A stretch of 63,479 bases of DNA, counting the filler, from Octopus bimaculoides (lineage: Eukaryota): the NCBI RefSeq assembly GCF_001194135.2. It is 7 parts of 7 records of this genome, joined end to end, with 100 filler letters (N's around TTAATTAATTAA, not from the genome) between each part and the next. Parts side by side here need not be neighbours in the genome. Positions count along the whole stretch, not along the records: positions 50,592 to 60,710 come from NC_068997.1; positions 60,811 to 63,479 come from NC_068985.1; 5 more parts are not named here. The stretch is one strand, 5' to 3'. The notes beneath the pieces are model-generated. The model saw nothing but the letters and a program-made list of their open reading frames with translations, had not been told where the DNA came from and did no database searches. Position 1 is the first letter of the stretch. The number at the start of each line of letters is the position of its first letter. The translations under genes and the position numbers were made by a program. Of the stretch, positions 51,627 through 63,479 are shown one piece after another.

Positions 51627-52070
51627 CGTATATATATATATGTGTGTATGTGTGTGTGTGTATGTATATGTATATATACGTGTGTATGTGTGAGTGTGCG
51701 CGTATACATATTTAGATATTCGGCTTCATTACGTATGCGTAACTTATGATGTGCATCAAAGGACTGTATTCGGAGCGTAGCCTCGTGTGTTACCGAATAC
51801 TGAAACATATGCAACAGACGAAAGAGACGAAAACCAACTTGAAGCTCATATTCTTTCCTCTCATTACGCACACACACACACACATAAACGATGATTTGCA
51901 AATTCATTTTTAAAACGTTCTGGCAGATCCGAACGCAAATATGTCCGATCGATCGCTCTTGTTGATTTCTCGTTTTCCTGTGAATCGATTTTGATAAAAA
52001 TTCTTTCCCACCTGGTTTTCCTACCATGACAACACCATTGTCGTGTTTTCATTATTCTCTATGACGTCCT
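50975..52070. promoter_or_regulatory. Second CpG-retaining candidate regulatory region with a minus-strand splice donor
   Basis: GCGCATGCGC (51022-51031), palindrome ATTTGCAAAT (51894-51903), many CpGs at 51770-52070, minus-strand ATG TCC AGA G|GTAAGA at 51350-51335. Confidence 0.35.
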
Positions 52071-52199
52071 TTCTTTTTATTTTTTTATTTCAGATTCTTC
52101 AGTTTTTGGGTGAACCACGCTAATAGCTTTTGACTGAAAATAGCTCATCTATTTTCATTTTTTGTTTTCAGTAAATAAAGGGTAATGATACATATTAAG

Positions 52200-52775
52200 C
52201 ATACACTGATAATATATTTAACAGAAAACCATAGTAATATTACAACATTTATTGACATAATGAATTATTTAGCCACATGAGCGTCATTTCGACGGATAAC
52301 TTCAAAAACACTATGAGTCATGGAATCTGTCAATTTCATAATAGTAGAATGTTGAACTGCCCTACTGCAGTTTTAATGGTCGCCCATAAAACATTTTTCG
52401 ACGTAAATTGGTGTCCATCGGCATAAACATCTTGTTTAATGATAGACCAAAGATTTTCGTTAGTCTTAAGATCCGGAGATGCTAGCGGCCACGCCATCAA
52501 CCTTTCACCTTGTATGCCGTAAGGCTCTAGAAATGTTTGGTTGGTTCTAGCATGAATAAGAGATTCCTTAGAAGTGACAGCAGTATGTCGCCTAGCCAGG
52601 GATCCAAGATCTCCTTCAGGAGATTGCAGTAGGCGGCTGCGGTTACTTTAACCTCTTCAGGCTCCCTTACTGGACCAACAGGTCTGACCCCCAATGACAC
52701 CAGACCACAACATGACTCCTCCATCTTGTTGTTGACGTCGTAAACGTTGATAACGCTCAGATCCAAAATAAACCC
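52200..52775 (-). mobile_element. Tc1-like transposase relic
   Basis: QQDGGVMLWSGVIG, GPVREPEEVKVTAAAYCNLLKEILDPWL, AWPLASPDLKTNENLWSIIKQDVY. Confidence 0.85.
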
Positions 52776-52939
52776 ATTTTCCCATATCTTTGAAACATCA
52801 AAATTACGTAATTTCCACTCTCGAAAATATTTCTGCGAAATGTCATTTAAAAATTTGCATTTTGAAGAAAGTTACGAACAGACAAGCTCGAGAAGGACAC
52901 AACGGCGTATTCTTCCTTGCTATCAACTTCATGTTTATG

Positions 52940-53068
52940 CACGAGTGTGTATTTATATGTGTGTGTGTATTTGTGTGGGGGTGAGTGTATACATGCATAT
53001 AAGTATATATATTTGTGTGTACGTATTTGTTTGTTTATGCCTATATATGTGTACGTGTGTATGTATAC

Positions 53069-53163
<95 letters not shown>

Positions 53164-53215
53164 TGTATGTATGTATATACATGCATATATATATAAATGT
53201 ATGTATACGCACATA
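52940..53215. repeat. (GT)n/(AT)n compound microsatellite
   Basis: Directly visible; similar tracts at 51450-51720, 53520-53820 and 59400-60240. Confidence 0.95.
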
Positions 53216-53650
53216 TAATAATAAACAAAAACACCAAAGCTCTGAATTTGCAGGTGACTAGCCCGACCCAGACAGGTAACATTTGAAACTCTTTACATAA
53301 GACAAGCTTGTCTCTCCAATATCCACAGGTGACATTCATTGCTCTATAATACCTACCTTTCATGTTTTATAGCTTGGTTGCTCTTTATTTATTTCCAATA
53401 AATATCAAAAAAACACTACAAATAAAACGACAAGTAAAAGCAATAAATAAATAGAAAGAAATATCAATCTCAATAAAAGCGCAGTGATGAAATATGAAAA
53501 CGCCCCCTCCCCCAAATGCAAGCAAGCAAATAGAATTACATGTGTATGTGTTTGTGTATGTATTTATATATATGTATGTGATATATATATATGCATATAT
53601 ATCATGTGTGTGTACGCATGTATTTCTGTATAATGTATGCGTATGTATGC

Positions 53651-53695
<45 letters not shown>

Positions 53696-54189
53696 CGCGT
53701 TTGAACATGTTTGTCTATACATGTGTGTGAGTGTGTATATATTTTATATGCATCTACATGTATATATTTATATATTTATGTATATATGTATATTATATAC
53801 GAATATATTCGTATGACATACATATAGCACGGGTGCGCCAAGTAACTGAGAACTAAATGAAACAGATATTAAATGGCAAAAAAGATATTTTCTTAAAAGT
53901 AATGTACATACATACTAATGGCCCATATTAGTCAATAAAATTACCATCGACTTTATAAATGGCCTTGACGGGATCATTTGAGTGACCGCATTTTTTAGAT
54001 CCGATGTTTCTTCATTATATTTTTCATTGACGTCTTTGGAGCAACCTCAGCAGCACTCTGACTTTGTGGTAGGTTGGTTTGTTTTCTATGAGCATTTTGC
54101 TCGGCGTGCTGACGATTCTGCCGGCTCGCAGCCTCAACAATAATAACAACAACAACAAAAGCAACAACAACAATAACAGCAACACCACC

Positions 54190-54234
<45 letters not shown>

Positions 54235-54235
<1 letters not shown>

Positions 54236-54331
54236 GGTATATACACACGCCAGAAAAGGTCACTGAAAACGAGAAAGCAACCATACTCTGGGATATGCCA
54301 ATACACACAGATAGAGAAATTAAGGCAAATA
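54235..54331 (+). mobile_element. R4/Dong-like LINE C-terminal fragment leading into the REL endonuclease, cut by a gap
   Basis: YIHTPEKVTENEKATILWDMPIHTDREIKAN, the segment preceding the RPD motif; directly follows (AAC)n. Confidence 0.8.
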
Positions 54332-55078
54332 NNNNNNNNNNNNNNNNNNNNNNNNNNNNNNNNNNNNNNNNNNNNNNNNNNNNNNNNNNNNNNNNNNNNN
54401 NNNNNNNNNNNNNNNNNNNNNNNNNNNNNNNNNNNNNNNNNNNNNNNNNNNNNNNNNNNNNNNNNNNNNNNNNNNNNNNNNNNNNNNNNNNNNNNNNNNN
54501 NNNNNNNNNNNNNNNNNNNNNNNNNNNNNNNNNNNNNNNNNNNNNNNNNNNNNNNNNNNNNNNNNNNNNNNNNNNNNNNNNNNNNNNNNNNNNNNNNNNN
54601 NNNNNNNNNNNNNNNNNNNNNNNNNNNNNNNNNNNNNNNNNNNNNNNNNNNNNNNNNNNNNNNNNNNNNNNNNNNNNNNNNNNNNNNNNNNNNNNNNNNN
54701 NNNNNNNNNNNNNNNNNNNNNNNNNNNNNNNNNNNNNNNNNNNNNNNNNNNNNNNNNNNNNNNNNNNNNNNNNNNNNNNNNNNNNNNNNNNNNNNNNNNN
54801 NNNNNNNNNNNNNNNNNNNNNNNNNNNNNNNNNNNNNNNNNNNNNNNNNNNNNNNNNNNNNNNNNNNNNNNNNNNNNNNNNNNNNNNNNNNNNNNNNNNN
54901 NNNNNNNNNNNNNNNNNNNNNNNNNNNNNNNNNNNNNNNNNNNNNNNNNNNNNNNNNNNNNNNNNNNNNNNNNAATAAGACCCACGACTTATTATTTTTA
55001 AGCCTATTACTTATTATGTCGGTCTTAGACATGATAAAGATTCTGCCAGCTCGCCGCCTTAAAATAATAATAACAACA

Positions 55079-55111
<33 letters not shown>

Positions 55112-55749
55112 GTGATTTCTTTTTGTAAAATATGAAATAGTACCACGGTCAATGAAAAGAAACAAGAAACCTGTTTGAGGATAAAATAAAAATATAGAAC
55201 AATGTATAGTAAAACAAAACTAAAAAAAAAACGGGGTAGAAATTAAATAATAATAAAAGTATAAACAAATATAAAACATTAACAACAAGGTATAGTAAGG
55301 TTAACATTAGGGAACAAGGTAGAAATAACAAGGAACAAGGTAACACACACACATAGATACACACATACAGGGACACACGCACAGACATACACATACAGAA
55401 AGACACGCATACTTGTTGAATCGAGATTAGCAATGAAACAAGTCCCTTTGACTTATTATTCCTGTCTTGCTTGTGATCTTATCGTCTCTTGACACAGACA
55501 CATTCCTGGGAGTGTGGTGGTGGTAGTGGTGGTGGTGATTGTAGTGATCTTGGTGGTGGCGGTGGTAGTGGTAGCTTAGGAGTAGGTCAGACGTTGACCT
55601 TACCCCCCACTTCCTTTTACTCCATCTAACGACATATTTTTTGTACCTATTATTCTGTTACTGTGATTGAAATGGTGTTTGACTTACAAGCTAGTCAGGG
55701 TTGTAAGGTCTTTTGAGTTGATGCTGGAACATTCTTTATTCAGCCTGGA

Positions 55750-56830
55750 ATTTTGTGAGTGCCGGAGTTGGTAGAATAAATTTCTATGCGTGACTTCTTC
55801 CCCATGGAATCTGCCGACATATTTGTCAGAGTAGGAAAACCACAATCGACAATGTTGAGTTTTATGAAGGCAGTAACAAAATTTCATTAACTCATCTACC
55901 CCATCGAATATGTCGATTTATTTGTAGGAATTAAGTAGCCTTGTTGACAATGTTAAATTTTATGAGGGGATAGAATAAATTCACTGATATACGAACTCCT
56001 ATCAAATCAGACAATATATTTGTAGGGATGGAAGCGCCATAGAATCAACGTTAAATTTTGTGTGAGGTAGAACGAAATTCATTGACTAACACATACCTTT
56101 CAAATCCGTCAATATATTTGTAAGATATGTACGAGTCGTATTGTCATGGTCAAATCTTGTGAGGAGGTAGAACGAAATTCACTGAGTTGCCCATGTCTTT
56201 AAAATCTGTCAATATATTTCTAAGGGACGAGGAAGCCATATTGCCAAAGTTGAATTCTGTGAAGGAATAGGCCAAATTATAATATTGTCTTACTTCGATT
56301 AAATATAGCAATATATTTGTAAAGAATGTGGGAGCTATACTGACAGCATTAGATTTTGTGTGGGCGCCATGTTGACAACGTTAGATTATGTGTGAGATTA
56401 GAACAAACTTCATTACCTGGTGATCTATCACCAACCCCATCGAATCTGTCTATATTTGTAGGAAAAGAGGGAGACATGTGGACAATGTTAGATTTTTGTG
56501 AGGCAGGGTAGGACAAGGACTCTCCAAACCGAACCAACTGGCAGGTGAACCATAGGCCAGAATGGTTGGATAATATCCATAGCTTCAGTTGGTCACGCTT
56601 AGGAATCCAACCTGGCAGTTTAATGACGACTGCGTCGGCTTGGACCCTACGGAGGTGTTTGAAGACTCTGTCCCCATGATCCTTCCGGGAGTATTAGGAG
56701 GAGAAAATGGATGGATAGATGAAGGGAAGGAGGGAGTTAAGAGATGGAACGAAATTTCTTTGACCGACCTATCTCTATCCAATTTGTCAATATATTTCTA
56801 GGCAGGTGGGGAGCCCTATCGTCAAGATTT
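55750..56830 (+). repeat. Highly diverged tandem array with an approximately 98-100 bp unit
   Basis: Unit starts near 55848, 55946, 56043, 56143, 56243, 56342, 56374 and 56481, with conserved gacaatgtt..att.tgtg.g.gtagaac.aaattca and tc.aatctgtcaatatatttgtagg blocks; one more unit at about 56740-56830. Confidence 0.85.
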
Positions 56831-57404
56831 AAACTGTAGTTAGGCCAACAACGTATCGGGTTATGTTACTAGCAGTTTTGTATTGACCATCCCAAATATC
56901 AATAGATTTAGAGACGTCATTATATTAGCATTCAGCCGCTTTTAATTTCATCAATAATACAGATGAAGCAGGGACGGGTGAGGAAGTTTTAGAGAGTTTG
57001 GTAGGAACAATGCAAAAGAAATTTTAATATATGCAAAAGACTTTGCTGAGCACGAATACATTCACAAACACGACCGAGACAGCAGTTGTGTTCACAAATG
57101 AATATGCCAACACTTTGCCGTGAAAACGAATAAGAAATTCTATGAACATGCACCAAACACGATACATGGCAACGATCTGCCCATACTCATCTGAGACACG
57201 CCTGGCTATACCAGAAAGGAGATTACGGTAAACCAGCCGAATAATTATTATAGACAGGAATTAAAATATCTGTGCTCTTACGATTACGATGATGACGGTG
57301 GCCATGATGATGATGATAATGATGGCAATTTGAACTCACCATTTAAAGAATGTAATGAAATACTGAAATTTAAAGGAATGTAATGTATACAATGACGATG
57401 ATAA

Positions 57405-57415
57405 TTATGTTGGCG

Positions 57416-57478
<63 letters not shown>
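57405..57478. repeat. (GAC)n(GAT)n microsatellite
   Basis: Directly visible. Confidence 0.95.
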
Positions 57479-57479
<1 letters not shown>

Positions 57480-57838
57480 CCTGGTCTGGATGAACAAATC
57501 CAGTCAGAACGAGGCAAAATAAGCGATAAACCGTTAGCGATGAAAGAAAAAACAGGGCCAAACGACTGGGTGCATTGAAATGAATATCCACCATTCCTGC
57601 AATTCAAATGTCGGCCGTTTGATATATTTTCTGAAACTATACACCATGTTGATCATTACGCTCTCACCAAACACTTAGCACCGACCAAATATTCTTGAAG
57701 GACACAATAACACAAAGACCCTCTATGTACGTCTAGTCACACAATTTCAAATCCATAGGGGGAAAATATCTCTGCTGTGCTTCTCATATGAACCTGTTTC
57801 AGAAAATTTTTTAAATGTGAAAATAGTATGGAGCATTA

Positions 57839-58154
57839 TAGGCGCAGGCGTGGCGGTGTGGTAAGATGTCTGCTTCCCAATCACATGGTTCCGGGTTCAG
57901 TCTCACTGCGTGGCAACTTGGGAAAGTGTCTGGTAGTCTAGCCCCATGCCGACCAAAGCCTTGTGGGGGATTTTTGTAGACGGAAATTGAAAAAAGCCCG
58001 TCGCGTTTGTGCGCGTGTGTGTGTGAGTGTCTTTATCTTCCACCATTACTTGACAACCGGTGTTGGTGTGTTTACGTGCCTGTAACTTAGCGGTTCAGCA
58101 AAACTGTGAGATAAGAATGAGTTCTAGACTAAAAAAAAGTACTGGAGTCGATTC
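57839..58154 (+). mobile_element. SINE family A
   Basis: ggcgcaggcgtggcggtgtggtaag...ggttcagtctcactgcgtggc...gtaacttagcggttc. Confidence 0.88.
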
Positions 58155-58602
58155 ATATATATATATATATATATATATANNNNNNNNNNNNNNNNNNNNN
58201 NNNNNNNNNNNNNNNNNNNNNNNNNNNNNNNNNNNNNNNNNNNNNNNNNNNNNNNNNNNNNNNNNNNNNNNNNNNNNNNNNNNNNNNNNNNNNNNNNNNN
58301 NNNNNNNNNNNNNNNNNNNNNNNNNNNNNNNNNNNNNNNNNNNNNNNNNNNNNNNNNNNNNNNNNNNNNNNNNNNNNNNNNNNNNNNNNNNNNNNNNNNN
58401 NNNNNNNNNNNNNNNNNNNNNNNNNNNNNNNNNNNNNNNNNNNNNNNNNNNNNNNNNNNNNNNNNNNNNNNNNNNNNNNNNNNNNNNNNNNNNNNNNNNN
58501 NNNNNNNNNNNNNNNNNNNNNNNNNNNNNNNNNNNNNNNNNNNNNNNNNNNNNNNNNNNNNNNNNNNNNNNNNNNNNNNNNNNNNNNNNNNNNNNNNNNN
58601 NN

Positions 58603-58642
<40 letters not shown>

Positions 58643-58978
58643 AGTGCTCTGTCGTTTCTGCTGTTCTCAATCCATTCTCTCTTCACTGCCGACGCCGTGC
58701 AGACAACAGCAGCAGCAGTAGCAGACCGACCAATATCAATAATATTGGCCAATAAAAATAAATGTAATAATACATTGATTTTGAAGTGATTGCCTCTATA
58801 ACAGGCAATAGATTTATCAAACGATACTTTCGGTGCCATCTTGTTTGTGAAGAAACAGCGGGAAGCCGTCAGGTGTAATAGAGTTCTGTTATTGGCAATT
58901 TCCCGAAAATGACAAATTCATATCCTGAAAATGGTTCAGTTACATGTCTGCGATTTCGGAAAGACGGGGGAGAGAGAA

Positions 58979-59011
<33 letters not shown>

Positions 59012-59220
59012 GACAGAGAATGAGGGAGGGGAAGAGAGGTTGGAGAAGAAATGCGGGGAGTACAGAATCGGGATGTTTGAACGAATAGACCAGTTACTGT
59101 GCATCATGGAGGCATGGTGGTGATGGCGGTGATGATGGGCGAAAAGATCGGTTATATTGGTGAGTGTGGTGGTGGTGGTGGGGATTTATGATGACTATGA
59201 AGGTGCTGGTTGTGATGCCG

Positions 59221-59258
<38 letters not shown>

Positions 59259-59410
59259 GGTGGTGGTGGTGGTGGTGATGGTTATGATGTAAGAAGTTAA
59301 TGATTATGTTAGTAACGATGACGACGACGACGATGACGATGATGATGCTCTTTCATAGTGAGGAATATTTATGCACGAAGGAGGAAAACAAATTATACTT
59401 TTTTACATAT

Positions 59411-59443
<33 letters not shown>

Positions 59444-59533
59444 AACACACATATATATACATGTATATATACATGTATATAGAAACAAACACATATACAT
59501 GCATACGCACACACACACACAAACATACACACG

Positions 59534-59568
<35 letters not shown>

Positions 59569-60062
59569 TTGTTTAAAAGAGTTCCAACACTGTCTGTTTT
59601 TTTATGTTTTACTTATATTCCTGCNNNNNNNNNNNNNNNNNNNNNNNNNNNNNNNNNNNNNNNNNNNNNNNNNNNNNNNNNNNNNNNNNNNNNNNNNNNN
59701 NNNNNNNNNNNNNNNNNNNNNNNNNNNNNNNNNNNNNNNNNNNNNNNNNNNNNNNNNNNNNNNNNNNNNNNNNNNNNNNNNNNNNNNNNNNNNNNNNNNN
59801 NNNNNNNNNNNNNNNNNNNNNNNNNNNNNNNNNNNNNNNNNNNNNNNNNNNNNNNNNNNNNNNNNNNNNNNNNNNNNNNNNNNNNNNNNNNNNNNNNNNN
59901 NNNNNNNNNNNNNNNNNNNNNNNNNNNNNNNNNNNNNNNNNNNNNNNNNNNNNNNNNNNNNNNNNNNNNNNNNNNNNNNNNNNNNNNNNNNNNNNNNNNN
60001 NNNNNNNNNNNNNNNNNNNNNNNNNNNNNNNNNNNNNNNNNNNNNNNNNNNNNNNNNCATAT

Positions 60063-60095
<33 letters not shown>

Positions 60096-60311
60096 AACAC
60101 ACATATATATACATGTATATATACATGTATATAGAAACAAACACATATACATGCATACGCACACACACACACAAACATACACACGTATGTATATATATAT
60201 ATATATATATATAAAATACGTCTATATAAAGACACGCCTATGCATCTATGATCCTTGCATACATATATGTGTGTGCTTACACTAACACTTCAAAGCGCTT
60301 AGTTTTAGAAT

Positions 60312-60640
60312 GGTGGCAGCTGATGAAGGAAATGTTCTCTATGTGGCCTGTGTGTTTTCTGTGCTCTGTTTATCATTTTGTCCACGTTCTTTTGCAACGC
60401 CCTGTACCCAGATATGCATCTATATATGCATGTATGTATATATGCATATACTGACACACACATATATATATATATAATCTACATATATGTAGGTGCATAG
60501 GTGTATATATGTATATATGTGCATTTTAATGGTGGCAGCTGATGAAGGGGATGTTTCTATGTGGCTTGCTTGTTTGTTGCACCTTGTTTACCATTTTGTC
60601 CTTGTTCTTTTGCCACGTCATGTACCCAGTTATGTATCTA
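60312..60640 (+). repeat. Two diverged copies of an approximately 110-bp element beginning GGTGGCAGCTGATGAAGG
   Basis: Copies start at 60312 and 60531; a related motif lies on the minus strand at 7880-7900. Confidence 0.75.
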
Positions 60641-60814
60641 TATGCACATGTAGATGAACGTATATACATACATGTACATATATATGCATATACTCATATA
60701 TTGTATATATNNNNNNNNNNNNNNNNNNNNNNNNNNNNNNNNNNNNNNNNNNNNTTAATTAATTAANNNNNNNNNNNNNNNNNNNNNNNNNNNNNNNNNN
60801 NNNNNNNNNNTATA

Positions 60815-60970
60815 ACCGGTTTTAGCACAGTTTCCACTTACCAAATTCCCTCACAACTCATTGGTCAATCCTGACTATAGTAGAAGACCCCCGTTCAAGG
60901 TGTTACGCAGTGGGGCTGAACCTTAAAACGCATGAGTGCAAAGCGAGTTTATTAACCGTACAGCCATGTC
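60815..60970 (-). mobile_element. SINE family A fragment
   Basis: gactatagtagaagac...acgcagtggggctgaacc in reverse orientation. Confidence 0.65.
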
Positions 60971-61578
60971 TACGTTGGAAACATTAATTTCAATTATGAA
61001 ATTTAATCAAGCTTAATATACTTTCCTTTTTAATAACGAAACAAATACCCTCAACATTGAATTAGAAACGTGCAACGTTCTCCGTATTTTGTTGGCAGTG
61101 ATGCATTCTCCTAGCAGAGTGGGTCTAGGTTTTTCGTGTTAAATGCAATGGGCATGAATAATTTTATCAATAAGATTCCTCTTACATATGGAAGGAAGGC
61201 CCTTACATATGGAAAGACAGATTCTAACTATCAAATTTAATTAGGCCAAATATACCTTGCTTTTCGATATGGAAGCCAGGAATGGGTTTATAAACGATCA
61301 AAACGTGTCTCTTGAGGTTCACAGTAGAAGCATATCAATTAACTATAAATTTCTAGGATGTCACGTTCAGTTTGAATTCGAAATCACATTAGAATTTCAG
61401 GAAATTAGACCCTAGTATATCGACGTGGAATTCAACTATTTGCAGCATATCATTAAATGAATAAATACAGGCATTCACAATTGATACTTTCCATATTATA
61501 AAACGAAACCACATGGGTAGCAAACTCCGATATCAAACCATTTCATAAACCGTCATTTCTATTTCTCAGCTGAGACAC

Positions 61579-61651
<73 letters not shown>

Positions 61652-61660
61652 CCTGTCTGT
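61579..61660. repeat. (ATCT)n tetranucleotide repeat
   Basis: Directly visible. Confidence 0.95.
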
Positions 61661-62065
61661 CTGTTTGTCTATTAACATATGCATTCAAACAGAAAAGGCT
61701 GGTACAGAATTCGAAGTTTCGTCTTACATGTCATTTGATGACGGCAAGTGTGCTTACACACACGCATGCATACTTGCATATATATATATGTCCGTGACCT
61801 AAAGATTGATAGNNNNNNNNNNNNNNNNNNNNNNNNNNNNNNNNNNNNNNNNNNNNNNNNNNNNNNNNNNNNNNNNNNNNNNNNNNNNNNNNNNNNNNNN
61901 NNNNNNNNNNNNNNNNNNNNNNNNNNNNNNNNNNNNNNNNNNNNNNNNNNNNNNNNNNNNNNNNNNNNNNNNNNNNNNNNNNNNNNNNNNNNNNNNNNNN
62001 ATATATATATGTCCGTGACCTAAAGAATGATATGAGAAGCGATGCCCCTGTACCTCTGTGTGTGA

Positions 62066-62102
<37 letters not shown>

Positions 62103-62224
62103 AATCAATGATGTGGGTGCCGTAACTGTTCACACACTGTCGAAGGGGTTCACAAAAGTTGTCCACTACTCGGTAGGTCATTTCATGAAGAATGGTAACA
62201 ATTTCTTGATGAATAGCATATTTT

Positions 62225-62760
62225 AATTGTTCAATATATTGAGGGCTATGAGTGTATACCTCTGATTTAATGTATCTCTACAGAAAAAAAAAACATCTCA
62301 CGGGTTCAAATCAGGTGATCGACTAACCGATGTTACCGCTCAATGAGATCAAATGACCAGGGAACATCTCCCTGAAAATCCCCATCTCACATCGCGGAGT
62401 GTGGGCTGTTGCCCCATCCCGTTGAAATCAAACATTGTCCCTATCGTCAGGTTCATTCAATTTAGGTTTCAGAAAGTTCTCTAGCATCACACAATATCGA
62501 TCAGAGTTCGCAGTCAGCGTAATACTGTCTTCTTCGAAGAAGTACGGACCCCAAATACTGAATTCTGCTGCCGCAGAATTTTGAGTAGGCACGGGATCAT
62601 GTCTACCAAGTCTTAAGTGCACATGGAACGTAGTTACATAGTTATGGATTTGTTGTTCTTGATAAACGCTTCCATAATGAAAGCACAATACTCGCTCGTC
62701 CAAAGCATGTTCGCAACTGAAAACGAAATGAAACTACTAAACATCACAAACTGCACCTAT
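62225..62760 (-). mobile_element. Internally deleted Tc1/mariner of rosa (DD41D)-like type
   Basis: N-terminal MLWTSEYCAFIMEAFIKNNKS...LGRHDPVP joined to GPYFFEED..T.NSDRYCVMLENFL...FQRDGATAHT. Confidence 0.75.
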
Positions 62761-62794
62761 TGAAACAAAATGGCGTTATAAGTACATTTGTATA

Positions 62795-63410
62795 CGAGGT
62801 CTGATCAATAAGTATCCGGATTGTTGCTACAGTAGCGAAACTAAAAAGACGAAGAGTAAAACCGCTTCGCAAAGATTGACGTTGCACTTTGCTATGCAGG
62901 TGCACTAAGTTTTAACGTTCTAGCTCACTTCCGCTGTGTATAGCAGTGCTTGGAAGGAAGGTGTGTAGCGTGTGATCGTCGCATTGACTATGACGGAGAA
63001 CGTTATCATGGCGATATCTGCTCAGAGGCCTGCGCAAAGTTGCAGAAAATGTATGGAGAGGAGTGTATGAGCTGCACACAATTGTATGAGGGGTTTAGAC
63101 CTATCCAAGATGGCCGAAAAACTGTCGATATTGACGAACGCTCTGGAAGACCCGCAACCAGCAGAACTGAGAAAAATATCACAGATGTGCGGGCAGCTGT
63201 GAGGGGAAATCGTTGAATCACCATCCGTGAGTTATCAGAGGATGTGCAGATTAGTTACGGTTCAGTTCAGTCCATTATAACTGACGAGTTGTGTGTGAGA
63301 GCATGTCTGCCCAGTTTGCGCCAAAACTGCTTTCAGTTGACGAAAGAGTCACTCGGGTTTCAGTTGCACAAGATCTTGATGTGTCGAGAACGATATAAAC
63401 CTTTTCGAAA
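62795..63410 (+). mobile_element. Mariner (DD34D-type) element, 5' part
   Basis: TA|CGAGGTCTGATCAATAAGTATCCG TIR-like start; KLQKMYGEECMS..., DERSGRPATS, ITIRELSEDVQISYGSVQSII, FAPKLL. Confidence 0.85.
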
Positions 63411-63479
63411 ACTTTGTGTAGGCCTTTGAGCAGGTATCGCCAAGCAGCTTCACTTTGCGTACTTTAGCTTCGTTACCAT

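Noticed and set aside
55750-56830. CRISPR-like repeat-spacer appearance
   Set aside because: Eukaryotic context, repeats far too divergent, the whole unit is homologous and there are no cas genes; kept as a tandem array.
59406-60211. Approximately 155-bp exact duplication either side of a gap; a similar case at 61780-62030
   Set aside because: Most likely the same read-overlap artefact in microsatellite sequence; cannot be called a real duplication without long reads.

Overview
Repeat-dominated, AT-rich animal genomic DNA. The SINE and LINE families and the microsatellite load suggest an octopus (cephalopod) draft assembly; this is an inference. There are many N gaps, six of them artificial 100-bp spacers (44 N + TTAATTAATTAA + 44 N). 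Most sequence is decayed transposons: tRNA-derived SINEs; RTE-BovB-like, RTE/RTEX-like, CR1, L1/Tx1 and R4/Dong-like LINEs; one fully bounded Ty3/gypsy LTR element with a CTCTG target-site duplication nested in an older LINE; several Tc1/mariner lineages; piggyBac-type MITEs; and Helitron pieces. The main non-repeat signal is a CpG-rich promoter-like island at 25.2-25.7 kb. It has a plausible minus-strand first coding exon and, about 20 kb downstream, a phase-consistent chain of micro-exons (24, 25 and 36 nt) plus a terminal exon ending in a hydrophobic segment. I cannot name this putative membrane-protein gene, and the model crosses scaffold joins. No rRNA, true tRNA, CRISPR array or intact long ORF is supported. 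Almost all ORFs in the supplied track are microsatellite, gap or transposon artefacts.
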